From Eledone cirrhosa (Eukaryota), in the NCBI GenBank assembly GCA_964016885.1, contig OZ024765.1, positions 6,882,001 through 6,946,000 on the forward strand: a stretch of DNA of 64,000 bases, written 5' to 3'. A program made the translations under genes and the position numbers. The notes under the pieces were generated by a model. It was not told the DNA's origin. It did not search any database and worked only from the letters and a program-made list of their open reading frames with translations. Positions 50,803 through 64,000 of the stretch are shown here, piece by piece; the stretch's first letter is position 1, and every line of letters starts with the position of its first letter.

Positions 50803-51245
50803 ACTGTGGCCATGCTGGGGCACCACACTCTTGTACACTTTTACTGCTTTCAGTCATTAGACTGTGGCCATGCTGGGGCACCACACTCTTGTACACTTTT
50901 ACTGCTTTCAGTCATTAGACTGTGGCCATGCTGGGGCACCACACTCTTGTACACTTTTACTGCTTTCAGTCATTAGACTGTGGCCATGCTGGGGCACCAC
51001 ACTCTTGTACACTTTTACTGCTTTCAGTCATTAGACTGTGGCCATGCTGGGGCACCACACTCTTGTACACTTTTACTGCTTTCAGTCATTAGACTGTGGC
51101 CATGCTAGGGCACCACACTCTTGTATACTTTTACTGCTTTCAGTCATTAGACTGTCGCCATGCTGGGGTAATGCCTTGAAGGGATTAAGTCTTGTATTTA
51201 CTGGTTTCAGTCATTAGACTGTGGCCATCCTGGGGCACTGCCTTG
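50803..51245. repeat. 58-bp minisatellite, ~6-7 copies
   Basis: Unit ACTGTGGCCATGCTGGGGCACCACACTCTTGTACACTTTTACTGCTTTCAGTCATTAG. Confidence 0.95.
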
Positions 51246-52159
51246 AAGGGATTAACCCTTTAATGTTCAAACCGACCAGAATTCTCTACCTCTTTCTGTT
51301 GAAACTGGCTGTAACTGGTCACTCAAACTGATGTTAAGGTATTGTTCTCAAAATAAATACTTTTAAAATCTCATAGATTTGATATTATGTGAGGTAAAGC
51401 CTTTACTGTGAAAATACAATAGTATATATAGAGTAATGTGAATGTTATGTGAGATATTTATGTGAGATAAAGCCTTTACCATGAAAATACAATAGTATAT
51501 ATACAGTAATGTAAATGTTATGTGAGATAATTATGTGAGGTAAAACCTTTACTGTGAAAATACAATAGTATATATAGAGTAATGTAAATGTTATGTGAGA
51601 TATTATGTGAGGTAAAGCCTTTACTGTGAAAATAAAATAGTATATATAGAGTAATGTAAATGTTATGTGAGACATTTATGTGAGATAAAGTCTTTACCAT
51701 GAAAATACAATAGTATATATATAGAGTAATGTAAATGTTATGTGAGATAAAGCCTTTACCATGAAAATACAATAGTATATATAGAGTAATGTGAATGCTA
51801 AAGAGTTAAGTCTTGTATTCTTTTACTGGTTTCAGTCACAAAACTACGAGTTTGTCCCTGTAACAGATTCTAACCCTAACTTTAACACTAATATAAAAAA
51901 AATGCTGCTGATGATGATTCGCTGTAACCCTGGTTCTAACCCTAAAATGTATGTAGTGCACATGGGTGAGCGAGGGTATGTACCTCATCTACCTCACAGG
52001 ACATCACACTGGTTGAACTTCTCCAGAATGGGGTATATTTGGTTCTGTAAGTGGCCACCCCAACATAAACCCCTGACCAGAAGATATAACCATATAATCC
52101 CAGCACATTCTGTGGTTACTTGCTGCTTTCCATTACATGATTTCACTCCACCATTTTTC

Positions 52160-52590
52160 TCCTGACACATCTCTGGTCCTTACACTCCCAGTAAGGTCCT
52201 CAGGCCTCATGACATCACTGGTCCTATATTCCCAGTAAGGTCCTCAGCCCTCATGACATCTCTGGTCCTTACACTCCCAGTAAGGTCCTCGGATCTCATG
52301 ACGTCACTGCTCCTTATATTTCTAGAAAGGTTTTCTGACCCCATAGCGTCACTGGTCCTTCTACTCCTGATAAAGCCCTCTGGCCCCATGAGATCATTAG
52401 CCCTCATACTTCTGACAGTCCTCCAGCTACATGACATCACTAGGTCTTTCTACTTCCAGCTTCATGACGTCACAGGCCCTCATACTTCAGACAAGGTCCC
52501 CCTCCGGCTCCATTACGTCACTGGCTTTCTACTGGAAATATCCTCCATTTCCATGACTTCCATGGCCTTTCTACTTCAGGCAAAGCCCGA
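52160..52590. repeat. Diverged ~45-bp minisatellite
   Basis: Recurrent CATGACATCACTGGTCCTTA.ACTCCCAGTAAGGTCCTC. Confidence 0.75.
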
Positions 52591-53189
52591 ACCTCCTCAC
52601 CGTATATTGACATTGAATCCACGGAATCGGATAAGATATTTTTGTTTTCTAATTTTGAGATCTATTGCTAATAATTGTCTCAATTCGGGTGATTTTATGG
52701 AGATTTGGCTGCTATTTTTAGCAAATCGAGTGACCAGGAAACAGAAACCTTGTGGTTCAGAGTTATCTGCCGTTGATGACAAAACAGCGCCACCTAATGT
52801 CGGACGTTTTACGGTGTAATAGAAAGATATGTCTCCTACAGTAATCGCTCTACTAAAGTGACCCCACCTCCTATATATTTATACATATATAAATATATAT
52901 ATATATATATATACATATATATTTATATATACATGTATATTTATATATACGTAGTATTGGAGTAACGAAAATATAACAGAAAGCTGTAAAGTAAACTTTA
53001 ATGCGAGTCGCTTTGTGAAACAGATCTACTGAAAATGTTCCATTTTGGACGACATGATTTGATTGCTTGCTGACAACATGTGAAGCAAATGTAGAATCTA
53101 AAGACGAACGAGTTCAGTTATAGAATATTAACAATATTATAATAATAATAATACAACGATGTTTCGATCCATAGTTTATTTTTTCCTGT

Positions 53190-53294
53190 CATGCGACTTC
53201 TTGTTAAATACGTATAAGTCCAAAGTTTGATTTTAACCGACGAGAGATTCGAAGTGTTGTTATTGTTGTTGTCTCAGTTATTATATACACACAG
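53190..53294 (+). other. Candidate 5' UTR exon of MIOS
   Basis: CAG|gtaagt donor at 53294 in CpG-containing unique sequence. Acceptor-like AGs directly precede the MIOS ATG (55581, 55591). Start approximate. Confidence 0.35.
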
Positions 53295-53324
53295 GTAAGT
53301 TTTATACACATACATTACATACAT

Positions 53325-53384
<60 letters not shown>

Positions 53385-53396
53385 GCATATACACAA

Positions 53397-53432
<36 letters not shown>

Positions 53433-55592
53433 CACACATATATATATATACATACACACACATATATATATATCAGAATGCATGCAGTAAAAGCAAGTTA
53501 GACCATTACTCACCATAGTACTCAATACTTCTTGTAGTAGAGTGTGTAATAAGAAACATTTGGGACCCCGACGGTTGAGCTCCTGCCGTTTCAACCGCTA
53601 GATAGCTGTTGAAACGGCAGGAGCTCAACCGTCGGGGTCCCGAATCTTTCATATGTGTGTATCAATATATATATATACATACATAGGATATAATTACAGT
53701 GCAGTGCCTTCTCGAATTCTGTTTTATCATTATGTTCTTACTAGTGTATATTTTACAGAGATATGTTTTACGTAGTATAAAGGATATGTTGATGACATTA
53801 AAATAAATCAGTTAAATATTTTATGATATTTTCATTATTGTATATAGTTCCTTTCGTTAACGTTATCATTTCCTAAATACTTTACAATCTGTGTTTATAG
53901 AAGACTAAACACACTGGAAAATTTGTTCATCATAACCGTCCAATTACATGTGTATAAATAAATAATATCAGTCTTGTTAACGCCAAGGTTTTTAAACAGG
54001 AGCGTGATGTCAGTTCTACAGCTATTAATATATAATACACACATAATATACACATTCGAAAATATATCTGCGAAATTTCAGTAAAAAATACTCATTATTA
54101 AGAAAGTTATGGGGAAACGAAGACCGAGGGCCCACTAAGCTAGAGTTATGTCAATAATTCTTCGTAAGCTTCTATTTAAACAACTTCGTACTAAAGACAC
54201 CCACTTTTTCTTAGAATAGATTCTACACAGATATTATATATATCCTATCCTATCCAGAGACCTTCTCACCCCCGCTGGAGGAACCCCTCCCTGGTTGACC
54301 TCCACCGATTTCTGATTAGTTTTGGTCATATCTTCAGGGGTGCACACGTACTCACCTCGCTTGACCAATTGCGGGTTGGTGAGAAATGATATATATATAT
54401 ATGTGTGTGTATATAAAAGGTAAACAGAAATAACAACACAATCGGTACAGTATATGGAAGGAATGTATTAGGTTAATATATATATATATATTTATTTATA
54501 TATCGATGGCCTTCTCACTCCTGTTGAACGAACTCCTCCCTGGTTAACCCCCACCATTTCTGTTATGTTTTGGTCATGTCAGGGATGTAGCTGTACTCAT
54601 CATGCTTGGCCAATTGCGGCTTGGTGAACTATTTAACCCATAGTTAGGGTGGATGGCCATTGGTTTAAAGGAATCGATCCACCCTTTTAACAGCTCTTGT
54701 TTTTGGGTGCTGCTGGGGGTTCCACTTACCCTCCTCACGAGACCAGGGTACGGCATGGCCAATACTGGCCTGACTTGTTTCGCAACGTGGACGACCTGTC
54801 TAACCCATGCAAGCATGGAAAATGGCCATCCATACTGATGTTAAGGTATTGTTTTCAAAATAAATACTATCAAAATCGCATAGATTCGATATTCATCATC
54901 ATCATCATCATCATCTTCGTTTAACGTCCATCTTCCACGCTAGCATGGGTTAGACGGGAGTTGTCTCACTTGAGGCAAGGCTGGTCGGGTGACCGTGTCT
55001 CGCTCATATAGGACTGTCTGGCAGGTTTTCTACGGTTTTCTACGGCTGGATGCCCTTCCTAACACCAACCACATTTACTGTGTGGAACTGGGAACTTTTT
55101 ACCGTGTTACCTACACGGCCACATTACAGCGTGGACTGTGTGTTTTTTTTTTCTCGTGACACCTACACGATCTCAATCATCTCATTTATTTGGACTGGAT
55201 GTTGTGGTACCAACTTTATAGAGAGAGGATGGTGTTGGTGGGTGGATAGGGTAGGGGTAGTGGATATTATGTGAGGTAAAAGCCTTTACCAGGAAAATAT
55301 AATAGTAAATATAGAGTAATTAAATGTTATGTGAGGTAAAGCCTTTACTGTGAAAATATAGTAAATATAGAATAATGTAAATATTATGTGAGGTAAAGCC
55401 CTTACTGTGAAAATATAATAGCAAATATAGAGTAATGTAAATGTTATGTGAGATAAAGCTTTTACCGAGAAAATATAATAGTAAATATAGGGTAATGTAA
55501 ATGCTTTTTTTTTTTCTTCAATTTCAGTATATTTTATTTATTTATAAATTTATTTGTTAATTTTTCTGTTGTATCTGCCAGTTGTTTTCAGA

Positions 55593-58500
55593 ATGAGTAT
55601 CTGCAAGTGGGATGTCTGTTGGTCAAACAGCAACCATGATAATTTCATCATGTGTGGTTCATCAGTCACCCAGTACAGGGTGGAAAATAAAACCAATTTG
55701 GCACAGAACCAGATGAGTAAGTAGTTTATTTAATGCTTTTTTTCTTCTCATACTACATTAACTGTTTTCTCATTATATCTCTAATGGGGTAGATTGCCCA
55801 TGTCTTTAGAGTAACCCTTTCATTACCATATTTCTAATGAAAGACACTGCCTAGGGTTATTAACCCTTTAGCATTTAAACTGGCCGTATCCAGCCAGAAT
55901 TCCCTCACCTCTTTCAGTTCAAACTTTGCTCAAAATGAATGGAACCTCAAGATAACACATTCACTATACAGTTTCCTGATTTTTTAAAAAATGTCTCTCC
56001 CCTGATGTAATTTCTGAATTATTTCCTATTTCCTTATATATTTTCTGCCATATTTTCAGTGAAAGCTGTTTCGTTATCCACCAACACCTGTGCCATTCCT
56101 CTCTACACTTGTATGTCTTCCGATGTACAGTTTATGAAGGTTAGTACTGTAATAGATAAACATGTTTTACAACTGATACTTGGGCTATTCCCTTCACTTG
56201 AACTAGCTGAAAGCAGTGTATCCACAGTACTGGAAACAAGTCAGTTATGTGTGGCAATCATAGATGCAACATGAAGATATTGTCAGCCAGTCTAAAGTCT
56301 GTCTCGAGCCCAGAGGCTCAGAATGGCTGGTGCTTATCCAGGTTTCTGTGGCGTTAAGTAACTGAGAGTAGAAACTCTCCCCTGGATAGAATACCAGTCC
56401 TTCAGAGGGTTAAAGTCTGTCTCGAGCCCAGAGGCTCAGAATGGCCAGTGCTTATCCAGGTTTCTGTGGCGTTAAGTAACTAAGAGTAGAAACTCTCCCC
56501 TGGATAGAATACCAGTCCTTCAGAGGGTTAAAGTCTGTCTCGAGCCCAGAGGCTCAGAATGTCTGGTGCTTATCCAGGTTTGTGTGGCGTTAAGTAACTA
56601 AGAGTAGAAACTCTCCCCTGGATAGAATACCAGTCCCTCAGAGGGTTAAAGTCTGTCTCGAGCCCAGAGGCTCAGAATGTCTGGTGCTTATCCAGGTTTC
56701 TGTGGCGTTAAGTAACAGAGTAGAAACTCTCCCCTGGATAGAATACCAGTCCTTCAGAGGGTTAAAGTCTGTCTCGAGCCCAGAGGCTCAGAATGTCTGG
56801 TGCTTATCCAGGTTTGTGTGGCGTTAAGTAACTAAGAGTAGAAACTCTCCCCTGGATAGAATACCAGTCCCTCAGAGGGTTAAAGTCTGTCTCGAGCCCA
56901 GAGGCTCAGAATGTCTGGTGCTTATCCAGGTTTCTGTGGCGTTAAGTAACAGAGTAGAAACTCTCCCCTGGATAGAATACCAGTCCTTCAGAGGGTTAAA
57001 GTCTGTCTCGAGCCCAGAGGCTCAGAATGGCCAGTGCTTATCCCTGTTCCCATGGCGTTAAGTAACAGAGTACAAGACTCTCTCCTGGATGGGATGCCAG
57101 TCCTTCAGAGGGTTAAGACTCACAATGGCCAGTGCTTATCCCTGTTCCCATGGCGTGAAGTAACAGAGTATAAGACTCTCTCCTGGATGGGATGCCAGTC
57201 CATCACAGAGTTAAAGTCTGTCTTGAGCCTGGTGGCTCACCAGGCCGGTGCTTATCCTGGTTTCTGTGGGTGTGTGTGTGTGGTGTGTCTTGCGTGTGTG
57301 TGTCTGGTGTGTGTTGTGTGTGTGTGTCTGGTGTGTCTTGTGTGGTGTGTGGCTGGAGTGTGTATGGTGTGTCTTGTGTGTGTGTGGCTGGAGTGTGTAT
57401 GGTGTGTCTTGTGTGTGTGTGGCTGGAGTGTGTATGGTGTGTCTTGTGTGTGTGGTGTGTGGCTGGAGTGTGTTTTGTGTGTGTCTGGTGTGTCTTGTGT
57501 GTGTGTGTCTGGTGCGTCTTGTGTGGTGTGTGTATGGTGTGTCTTGTGTGTGTGTGGCTGGAGTGTGTATGGTGTGTCTTGTGTGTGTGGTGTGTGGCTG
57601 GAGTGTGTTTTGTGTGTGTATGGTGTGTCTTCTGTGTGTGAGTGGTGTGTCTTCTGTGTGTGTGTTTTGTGTGTGTATGGTGTGTCTTCTGTGTGTGAGT
57701 GGTGTGTCTTCTCTGTGTGTGTGTGGTGTGTCTTCTGTGTGTGTGTTTTGTGTGTGTATGGTGTGTCTTCTGTGTGTGTATGGTGTGTCTTCTGTGTGTG
57801 TGTGGTGTGTCTTCTGTGTGTGTGTGTGGTGTGTGGCTGGAGTGTGTGTGTGTGTCTGGTGTGTCTTCTGTGTGTGAATGGTGTGTCTTCTGTGTGTGAA
57901 TGGTGTGTCTTCTGTGTGTGTGTGTGGTGTGTCTTCTGTGTGTGTGTGTGGTGTGTGGCTGGAGTGTGTCGTGTGTGTATGTGGTGTCTTGTGTGTGTGG
58001 TGTGTCTTGTGTGTGTGTGTGGTGTGTCTGGAGTGTATGATGTGGTGTGGTGTGTCTGTGCCACCCCAATTACCCCCTCAGATGTTCAGGGTTCACACCA
58101 TACAACATTGCGTTCTTTCTTATTTCTTATTCTTCAGTGTGTGGCGCTTTACCCCAGACCTGAATATCCGAACCTCGTAGCTATTGGACAAGTCATTGGC
58201 AAAGTACTTCTGACCAAGTAAGCAAACTCTTGTTGTTGTTGTTGTTGTGTGTATATATCATCATCATCATTTTACATCCCCTTTTCCCTGCTTGCTATAT
58301 CAGCCCTAGCCATTCTCTTGGACGGCATCAGTGATGTGGAGAAGGGAGACTGGTATGCATGAGTGACTGTTGGTCTTCCACAAAAACACCTGGAGGGGAA
58401 CTTGACAGGTGCAAAACCTTTGGTTATTCATAACCGAAGGGTGTGTTTAACTCTTTACCTGGCAGGTTTAGAAGGAGGAGCAGTGCCCATGGTTTTCACA

Positions 58501-58757
58501 GACACTCATAAAACAGGCCATAGAGATTGATGTATATAGAAACCCTAGTGCATTGCTTTGTATGGGAACCCACTGGCTCTAAGAGCCTCATACTAATCTA
58601 TGTATTCTGTGGTTGTGTTTGTTGAGGCCTCCAGTACATTGCTTTGCATGGGGCCTCTCATCTCACATCCATCTCTCTCATCTCACATCTCTCTCTCTCT
58701 CTCATCTCACAGCTCTCTCTCTCTCTCATCTTATATCTCTCTCTCTCTCATCTCACA

Positions 58758-58794
<37 letters not shown>

Positions 58795-61700
58795 TCACAG
58801 CTCTCTCTCTCTCTCTCATCTCACAGCTCTCTCTCTCTCTCCTCTCTCTCTCTCATCTTATATCTCTCTCTCTCTCATCTCACATCCATCTCTCTCTCTC
58901 TCTCTCATCTCTCTCTCTTCTCATCTCACATCCTTCTTTCTCTTCTCACATCTCTCTTCTTATCTCACATCCCTCTTTATCATCTCACATCCCTCTTTAT
59001 CATCTCACATCTCTCCTTCTCATCTCACTTCTCTCTTTATCATTTCACTTCTCTCTTTATCATTTCACTTCTCTCTTTATCATCTCACTTCTCTCTTTAT
59101 CATCTCACTTCTCTCTTTATCGTCTCACTTTTTTCTCTCTCATCTAACATATCTCTTTATCACCTTCTCTCCACAGTCTTGGAGATGTCAGGAACTGTGA
59201 TTTGGCTGGCAAGGAATTTGGTATGTTAATCATTATATATTGATTTTTTCATTGATTTCTGTTACTTTTATATACAATGTACCCCTGACATTCACGGTCC
59301 CAACATTCGCGAAATTTTCTTTAGAACCTAACTAATAATTGTTCATGGAAACCACCACATATGGTATCGTAAATATCTTCCTCGATTTTTTAAATGGATT
59401 TTTTCATGACAATATATATTTTTTAACGCTAAATTATTAATAACAATATACTGTATTTGCTGGCCTATTGGACACCCCTTCACATAAGATGCTCCCTCTT
59501 TTTTAAAATTATATTTTACATTATATTTTGACATTTATAGGCGCATGGCTTAGTGGTTAGAGCATTGGCCTTGCAATCGAAAGGTTGTGAGTTCAATTCT
59601 CAGACCGGGTGATATGTTGTTTCCTTGAGCAAGACACTTTATTTCACATTACTCCAGTTTACTCAGCTGTAGAAATGAGATGATAGGGACTGGGGTCTAT
59701 ATCATTCCACTGCAAAGTGGTCGTGGAGGTGCCACGGCAAAAAAAGCACCCAGCACTCACTGTAAATGAGATTGGTGTTAGGAAGGGCATCCAGCTGTAG
59801 CAATCAAGCCAGAATCAGTTCCCGTCCCACCCTTGCAAGCAGGGAAAAGCGGACGTAAAATGATGATGATGATGATAGGCATTTTTATGGACCATGTCCA
59901 ATATTCACGGTTTTTCACTTTTCATGGGTGCTCCAGGAACGTAACCCCTGCAAATACCGGGTGACAACTGTCTGTGTTTTTATATAATAAATATTTATGA
60001 GGTTATAGTATGTATTAAAGACGCATGGCTTAGTGGTTAGAGAGTTTAATTTGCAATCGTGAGGTTGCGTGTTCAATTCTCAGACCGGGTGATGCATTAT
60101 GTCCTTGAGTATTATGCCCTTGTTCTTACTGCCCAGAGTTGTGACTGACTGATAGTACCAGCAATAGAATGACCATTGGAAATATTGTTTCCTTGGTCTG
60201 ATTTGACGAGGTCCCATTTGGCAAGCAAACGAGGTCTGGGATCTTGTCGATCGATCAGAGCGAGCATGTACTGGAAAATTTAAAGTACAATATGTACACT
60301 GTATTTCTCTGTGTCATGCATGCTTGGTCCTGTAACTCTCGAGGGAGTCTAAGGGGCTCTGTATTGACATATACCATTTCTAAGGCCTCTGCATTATGAG
60401 AAACAACTAAAAGGTTTGGTGTCAGGGAGGGCATCCAGCTGTAAAGCATTACTTCAGAAAGTCCCATTCAGCTCTTATACGGTCTATTAGAAGAATTAAG
60501 GTCGATTTAATGTAGATATGTAACTAATTTTTGAATTTGAAGACTATGGTCATAAATGTTGGTTAACCCTTTAGCATTTAAACCGGCCGTATCCAGCCAG
60601 AATTCTCTGACCTTTTTCAGTATAAACTGGCCATAACTGGCCACTCATATAGACATTAAGGTATTGTTCTCAAAATAAATAATATCAAAAGCTCATAGAT
60701 TCAGTATTATGTGAGGTAAAGCCTTTACTGTGAAAATACAATAGTAAATATATAGAGTAATGTAAATGCTGAAGGGTTAAGAAAGGTTCTTACATAAAAT
60801 TATAATGGAAGATTTTTAGATAAATATAAACATGTCTGCTCAGGAATAAGTAGGCAAAGTAGTCTTCACTGTGACAAGAAGGATGTGTAACCACTTTATT
60901 TTTCCTACTGTTCTAATAACCCTTCTAAGTGTCTTCTATGTTTCTTGATTTGGTTACAGCTCAGAGACATACGCGACAGTGTAACTATTTAGCATGGAAC
61001 CCAATTGAATCTAATTTGGTAAGTTGAAAACAAATCCATTTTATCTCAGCACTAGCACTACTTTTTTGTTCACTAGCTGCTTGTAGTGTGTTTGCTATCC
61101 AGTCATTGGATAGCAAAAAAATAATAATGAAAATTGTATACAGTGTTCAAGTAGACTACAACTCATCAAAAGTGGATGTATAATATATAGAATAATGTAC
61201 AAATGTCAGGAAAGTGAACAGTGTACGAGTCATATCTATACACAAACATATACACACACACATGTGTATGGAGGGGCATATCAGGTGTAGTGTTGGCGAA
61301 TTTCGGGAAACATAGAAGTTTTGAAAGATGCAGTGTCCCGACAGCTAACAACTGATGCAGGTAGTTTGTTCCATGCTTCAGCAACTCTGAGTGGGAAAAA
61401 TTGCTTCCAAAAGTCATGGGAGCAGTACTGTTTTCTTATTTTGTAAGCATGTCCATGGTGTTAGACATATATTTCAAGTAAGTTCACTAGTTGTTTTCTA
61501 TGTGTTCACCAGATATTTGCAGTCTGTTCACCATGTGTTCACTATCTGTTTATTATGTGACCACTAACGGTTCACCATCTGTTTGCTGTGTGACCAATGT
61601 CTGTTCATTATTTCTTCATTATGTGCCCATTATCTGTTTACTCTGTTCACTTTATGGTCACACTGTATGTTTGTTGCTTACACTGTGTTCACTATCTGCT

Positions 61701-63843
61701 AACTGTATGTCCATATTGTAAATTGGTTGCTTACTTTGTGTTTCCTGTGTTCACTTATGTTCACATCATACACTGGTTGCTTACACTGTGTTCACTATAT
61801 ATTTACTGTATGTTAACTATCTGTTTACTGTGTGTTCATTATATTTTCACACTGTACACTGGTTGTTTACTGTATGTCCACTGTGTTTGTACTGTACACT
61901 GGTTGATTAGTATGTGTTCACTATATGTTTACTGTGATCACTGTATGGTTGCTTACTCTGTGTTCACTATATGTTTACTGTATGTTCACACTGTGTTCTG
62001 GTTGTTTAGTCAGTTTTCTCTGTATGTTCACTGGTTGTGTCCTGTATGTTCACTCTCTGTTTATTGTATGTTCACTGGTTGTATCCTGTATGTTCACTAT
62101 CTGTTTACTGTATGTCCACACTGTACACTGCTTGTTTAGTCAGTGTTCACTGTATGTTCTCTCTGTTTACCGTGTGTCCATTGTTTGTTTACTTTATGTT
62201 TGCTGTATGTTCACTGTTATATTGTCTTTTATTCCAGTTGGCAGCAGGACTTGAGAAGAATCGCCATGATGGCTGTATTGCCATCTGGGATGTGAACAGC
62301 AAGTCTGTGGAATCGACAATGTCTCTTGAACGTAAACATTATGTTTCTAACGAAGTCACTAAACCATATTTAGATATTGGTAAGTCAGCATTGGATTGGT
62401 TCTAGGTTAACTCCTTTGTTACCGTCTTTCTAATATAATTAACTTTCTTATAATTAACCCTTTAGCATTTACATTACTCTATATGTACTATTGTATTTTT
62501 GCAGTAAAGGCTTTATCTCACATAATTATCTCACATAATATCGAATCTAAGAAGTTTTGATGTCATTTATTTTGAGAACAATACTTTAACATAAGTATAA
62601 GTGGCCTGTTATGGCCAGTTTGAACAGAAAGAGGTGAGAGAATTCTGGCCGGATACAGCCGGTTTAAATGCTAAAGAGTTAAACTTGTCTTTGGAACATA
62701 ACTTGAAGGTTCTTACATAAAATTATGATGGAAGATGTTTAGATAAATATAAAGACTTTAATCTTTTCGTGACTGTATTTCTCAAGAAATTGGAGGATTT
62801 AGTAATATAAACTCTCTCATTCTCAAGCTGGTGTTTGGAACATAACTTAAGAAAAGTTCTTACACAAAATTATGATGGAGGATTATTAGATAAATATAAC
62901 CACTTTAACTCTTTCGTTTTTTTAATTTTTAATGGAACATAACTTAACAAAGGTTCTTACTTAAAATTTGATGGAAGCTTAACCCTTTAGCATTTAAACT
63001 GGCTAGAATTTTCTCACCTCTTTCTGTTCAAATCAGCTGTAACTGGCCACTCATACTCATGTTAAGGTATTGTTCTCAAAATAAATAACATCAAAATCTT
63101 ATAGATTCGATATTACATGAGATAAAGCCTTTACCACAAAAATACAATAGTAAATATAGAGTAATGTAAATGCTAAAGGGTTAAACTAAACTGCTACAAT
63201 GCAGATTGTTTTAAATGGCAGTTACTTGCAATACAAGTTTCACCGAATGGCTGCACACATCTCTGCTGCTATTCATTCACTACTCAATGATATAAGATAT
63301 ATTATCTCACTCTAAAAAATCTAAAACAAACAGTTTGGTGACGTAAACTTGGACCCCATAGTCGAGCTCTTCCGCAAGATCAGAACATCACCTGCCCGTC
63401 TGAGGAATGAGGCCCAGAAGGTGGGATGGCTGTTGTAATGGGTGCCGCTGGCCATTGTCCGCGGGAATGCTTTTGCGGTCTTGTCCACAGGGTTGGGCCC
63501 CTCTACAGCCGCACCCTAGTCCCAGAGCCCAATCATCCTCTCCCTTCACCCCTCCTCATTCTTCTGTGACACTAGAGTCCTTGCCATTCCCTCCCCTTTA
63601 CATTTTCTTCTCTTTTACTATTTTTTTCCTTATATTGTCCTATTTTACAGTTCATTCTTCTCAATCTAAATTTTATTTTTTATTTTTCTATTAAACTCTA
63701 TTTACACGATATATTCCCATATATATTCTTTATTCCCCACATAGGAATAGCCGAATTTAGTACATCTTTTTGCTGGCAGCCAAGGGAATCAAAGACATTT
63801 GTAGCTGGAGTGAATAAATGCCTGCGTGTTTATGATATCCGCG
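55593..63843 (+). CDS. MIOS: GATOR2 complex WD40 protein MIOS (missing oocyte), first 7 coding exons; continues past the window
   Basis: Exons 55593-55716, 56060-56139, 58138-58217, 59177-59220, 60960-61018, 62238-62379, 63745-63843; in phase. Translation MSICKWDVCWS...QFMKCVALYP...LVAIGQVIGKVLLTNLG...[39 protein letters not shown]...FCWQPRESKTFVAGVNKCLRVYDIR parallels the vertebrate MIOS N-terminus. Confidence 0.92.
56293..57270. repeat. ~118-bp tandem repeat, ~8 copies, in MIOS intron 2
   Basis: Unit TAAAGTCTGTCTCGAGCCCAGAGGCTCAGAATG..GGTGCTTATCCAGGTTTCTGTGGCGTTAAGTAAC..GAGTAGAAACTCTCCCCTGGATAGAATACCAGTCC.TCAGAGGGT; resembles a SINE 3' region read antisense. Confidence 0.93.
57270..58060. 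repeat. GT-rich compound microsatellite
   Basis: Direct inspection; source of the CV/HT ORFs. Confidence 0.93.
58655..59165. repeat. CT-rich compound microsatellite running into the MIOS exon 4 acceptor
   Basis: Direct inspection. Confidence 0.9.
59277..59971. mobile_element. pogo/Tigger-like MITE interrupted by SINE A; uninterrupted relative at ~4341-4640
   Basis: End ACAGTTGTCACCCGGTATTTGCAGGGGTTACGTTCC (minus strand). The internal segment is shared with 4380-4620. The SINE at 59540-59875 is flanked by ATAGGC repeats. Confidence 0.6.
61125..61465 (-). mobile_element. CR1-like LINE 3' fragment; second copy at ~42870-43215
   Basis: Minus strand encodes ..RVAEAWNKLPASVVSCRDTASFK.., the CR1/L2 ORF2 C-terminus, with an (ATT)n tail. 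Confidence 0.72.
61490..62220. repeat. Old degenerate short-period repeat (TGTTCACT/TGTTTACT motifs)
   Basis: Recurrent CTGTATGTTCACT variants. Confidence 0.75.
63345..63722 (+). mobile_element. CRE-like non-LTR 3' end; related pieces at ~34900-35080(-) and ~32700-32890
   Basis: Encodes ..LAIVRGNAFAVL.. (the RLE C-terminal xRGNA motif); the 34787-34984 ORF has SLVIVRRNAFAVL. Nucleotides 63540-63722 match the reverse complement of 32710-32890. Confidence 0.65.
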
Positions 63844-64000
63844 GTGAGTTTTGGGGGTGGTTCCATTGTCGAAATATGGGTACAATATATTGGTAAGCTT
63901 CAGAAAAGAGTGGATGCTTGCAGGAGAATATTCTCTATTCTGCAACACTGATGATTATTAAACTAGTGATATATTAACCTGCTCACTGTCGAGTATATTT

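Overview
AT-rich, microsatellite- and SINE-dense eukaryotic DNA. The repeat families and (TA)n load suggest a coleoid cephalopod (octopus-like) genome; this is inferred. I reconstructed five intron-containing genes by hand from GT-AG junctions with consistent phases. They are: the last exon of a granulin/progranulin gene (+, 688-849); a 4-exon group XII secretory phospholipase A2 (-, 7576-14435) with an unusual ~190-aa Gly/Asp-rich tail ending in KDEF; a 9-exon ALDH9A1 (-, 18028-29174); an 8-exon secreted GH18 chitinase without a chitin-binding module (+, 38052-47595); and the first 7 coding exons of MIOS/GATOR2 (+, 55593 to beyond the window end). Most entries in the ORF track are repeat artefacts. 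Introns and intergenic DNA hold two tRNA-derived SINE families, a TTAA piggyBac-type MITE, pogo/Tigger MITEs, RTE/CR1/CRE LINE debris, minisatellites and many fold-back palindromes. The most notable hidden signal is a set of type I hammerhead ribozyme motifs from several sequence families. About 8 have complete cores and about 5 are decayed. Five cluster within 2.5 kb between the divergent ALDH9A1 and chitinase genes, arranged back-to-back around a palindrome.
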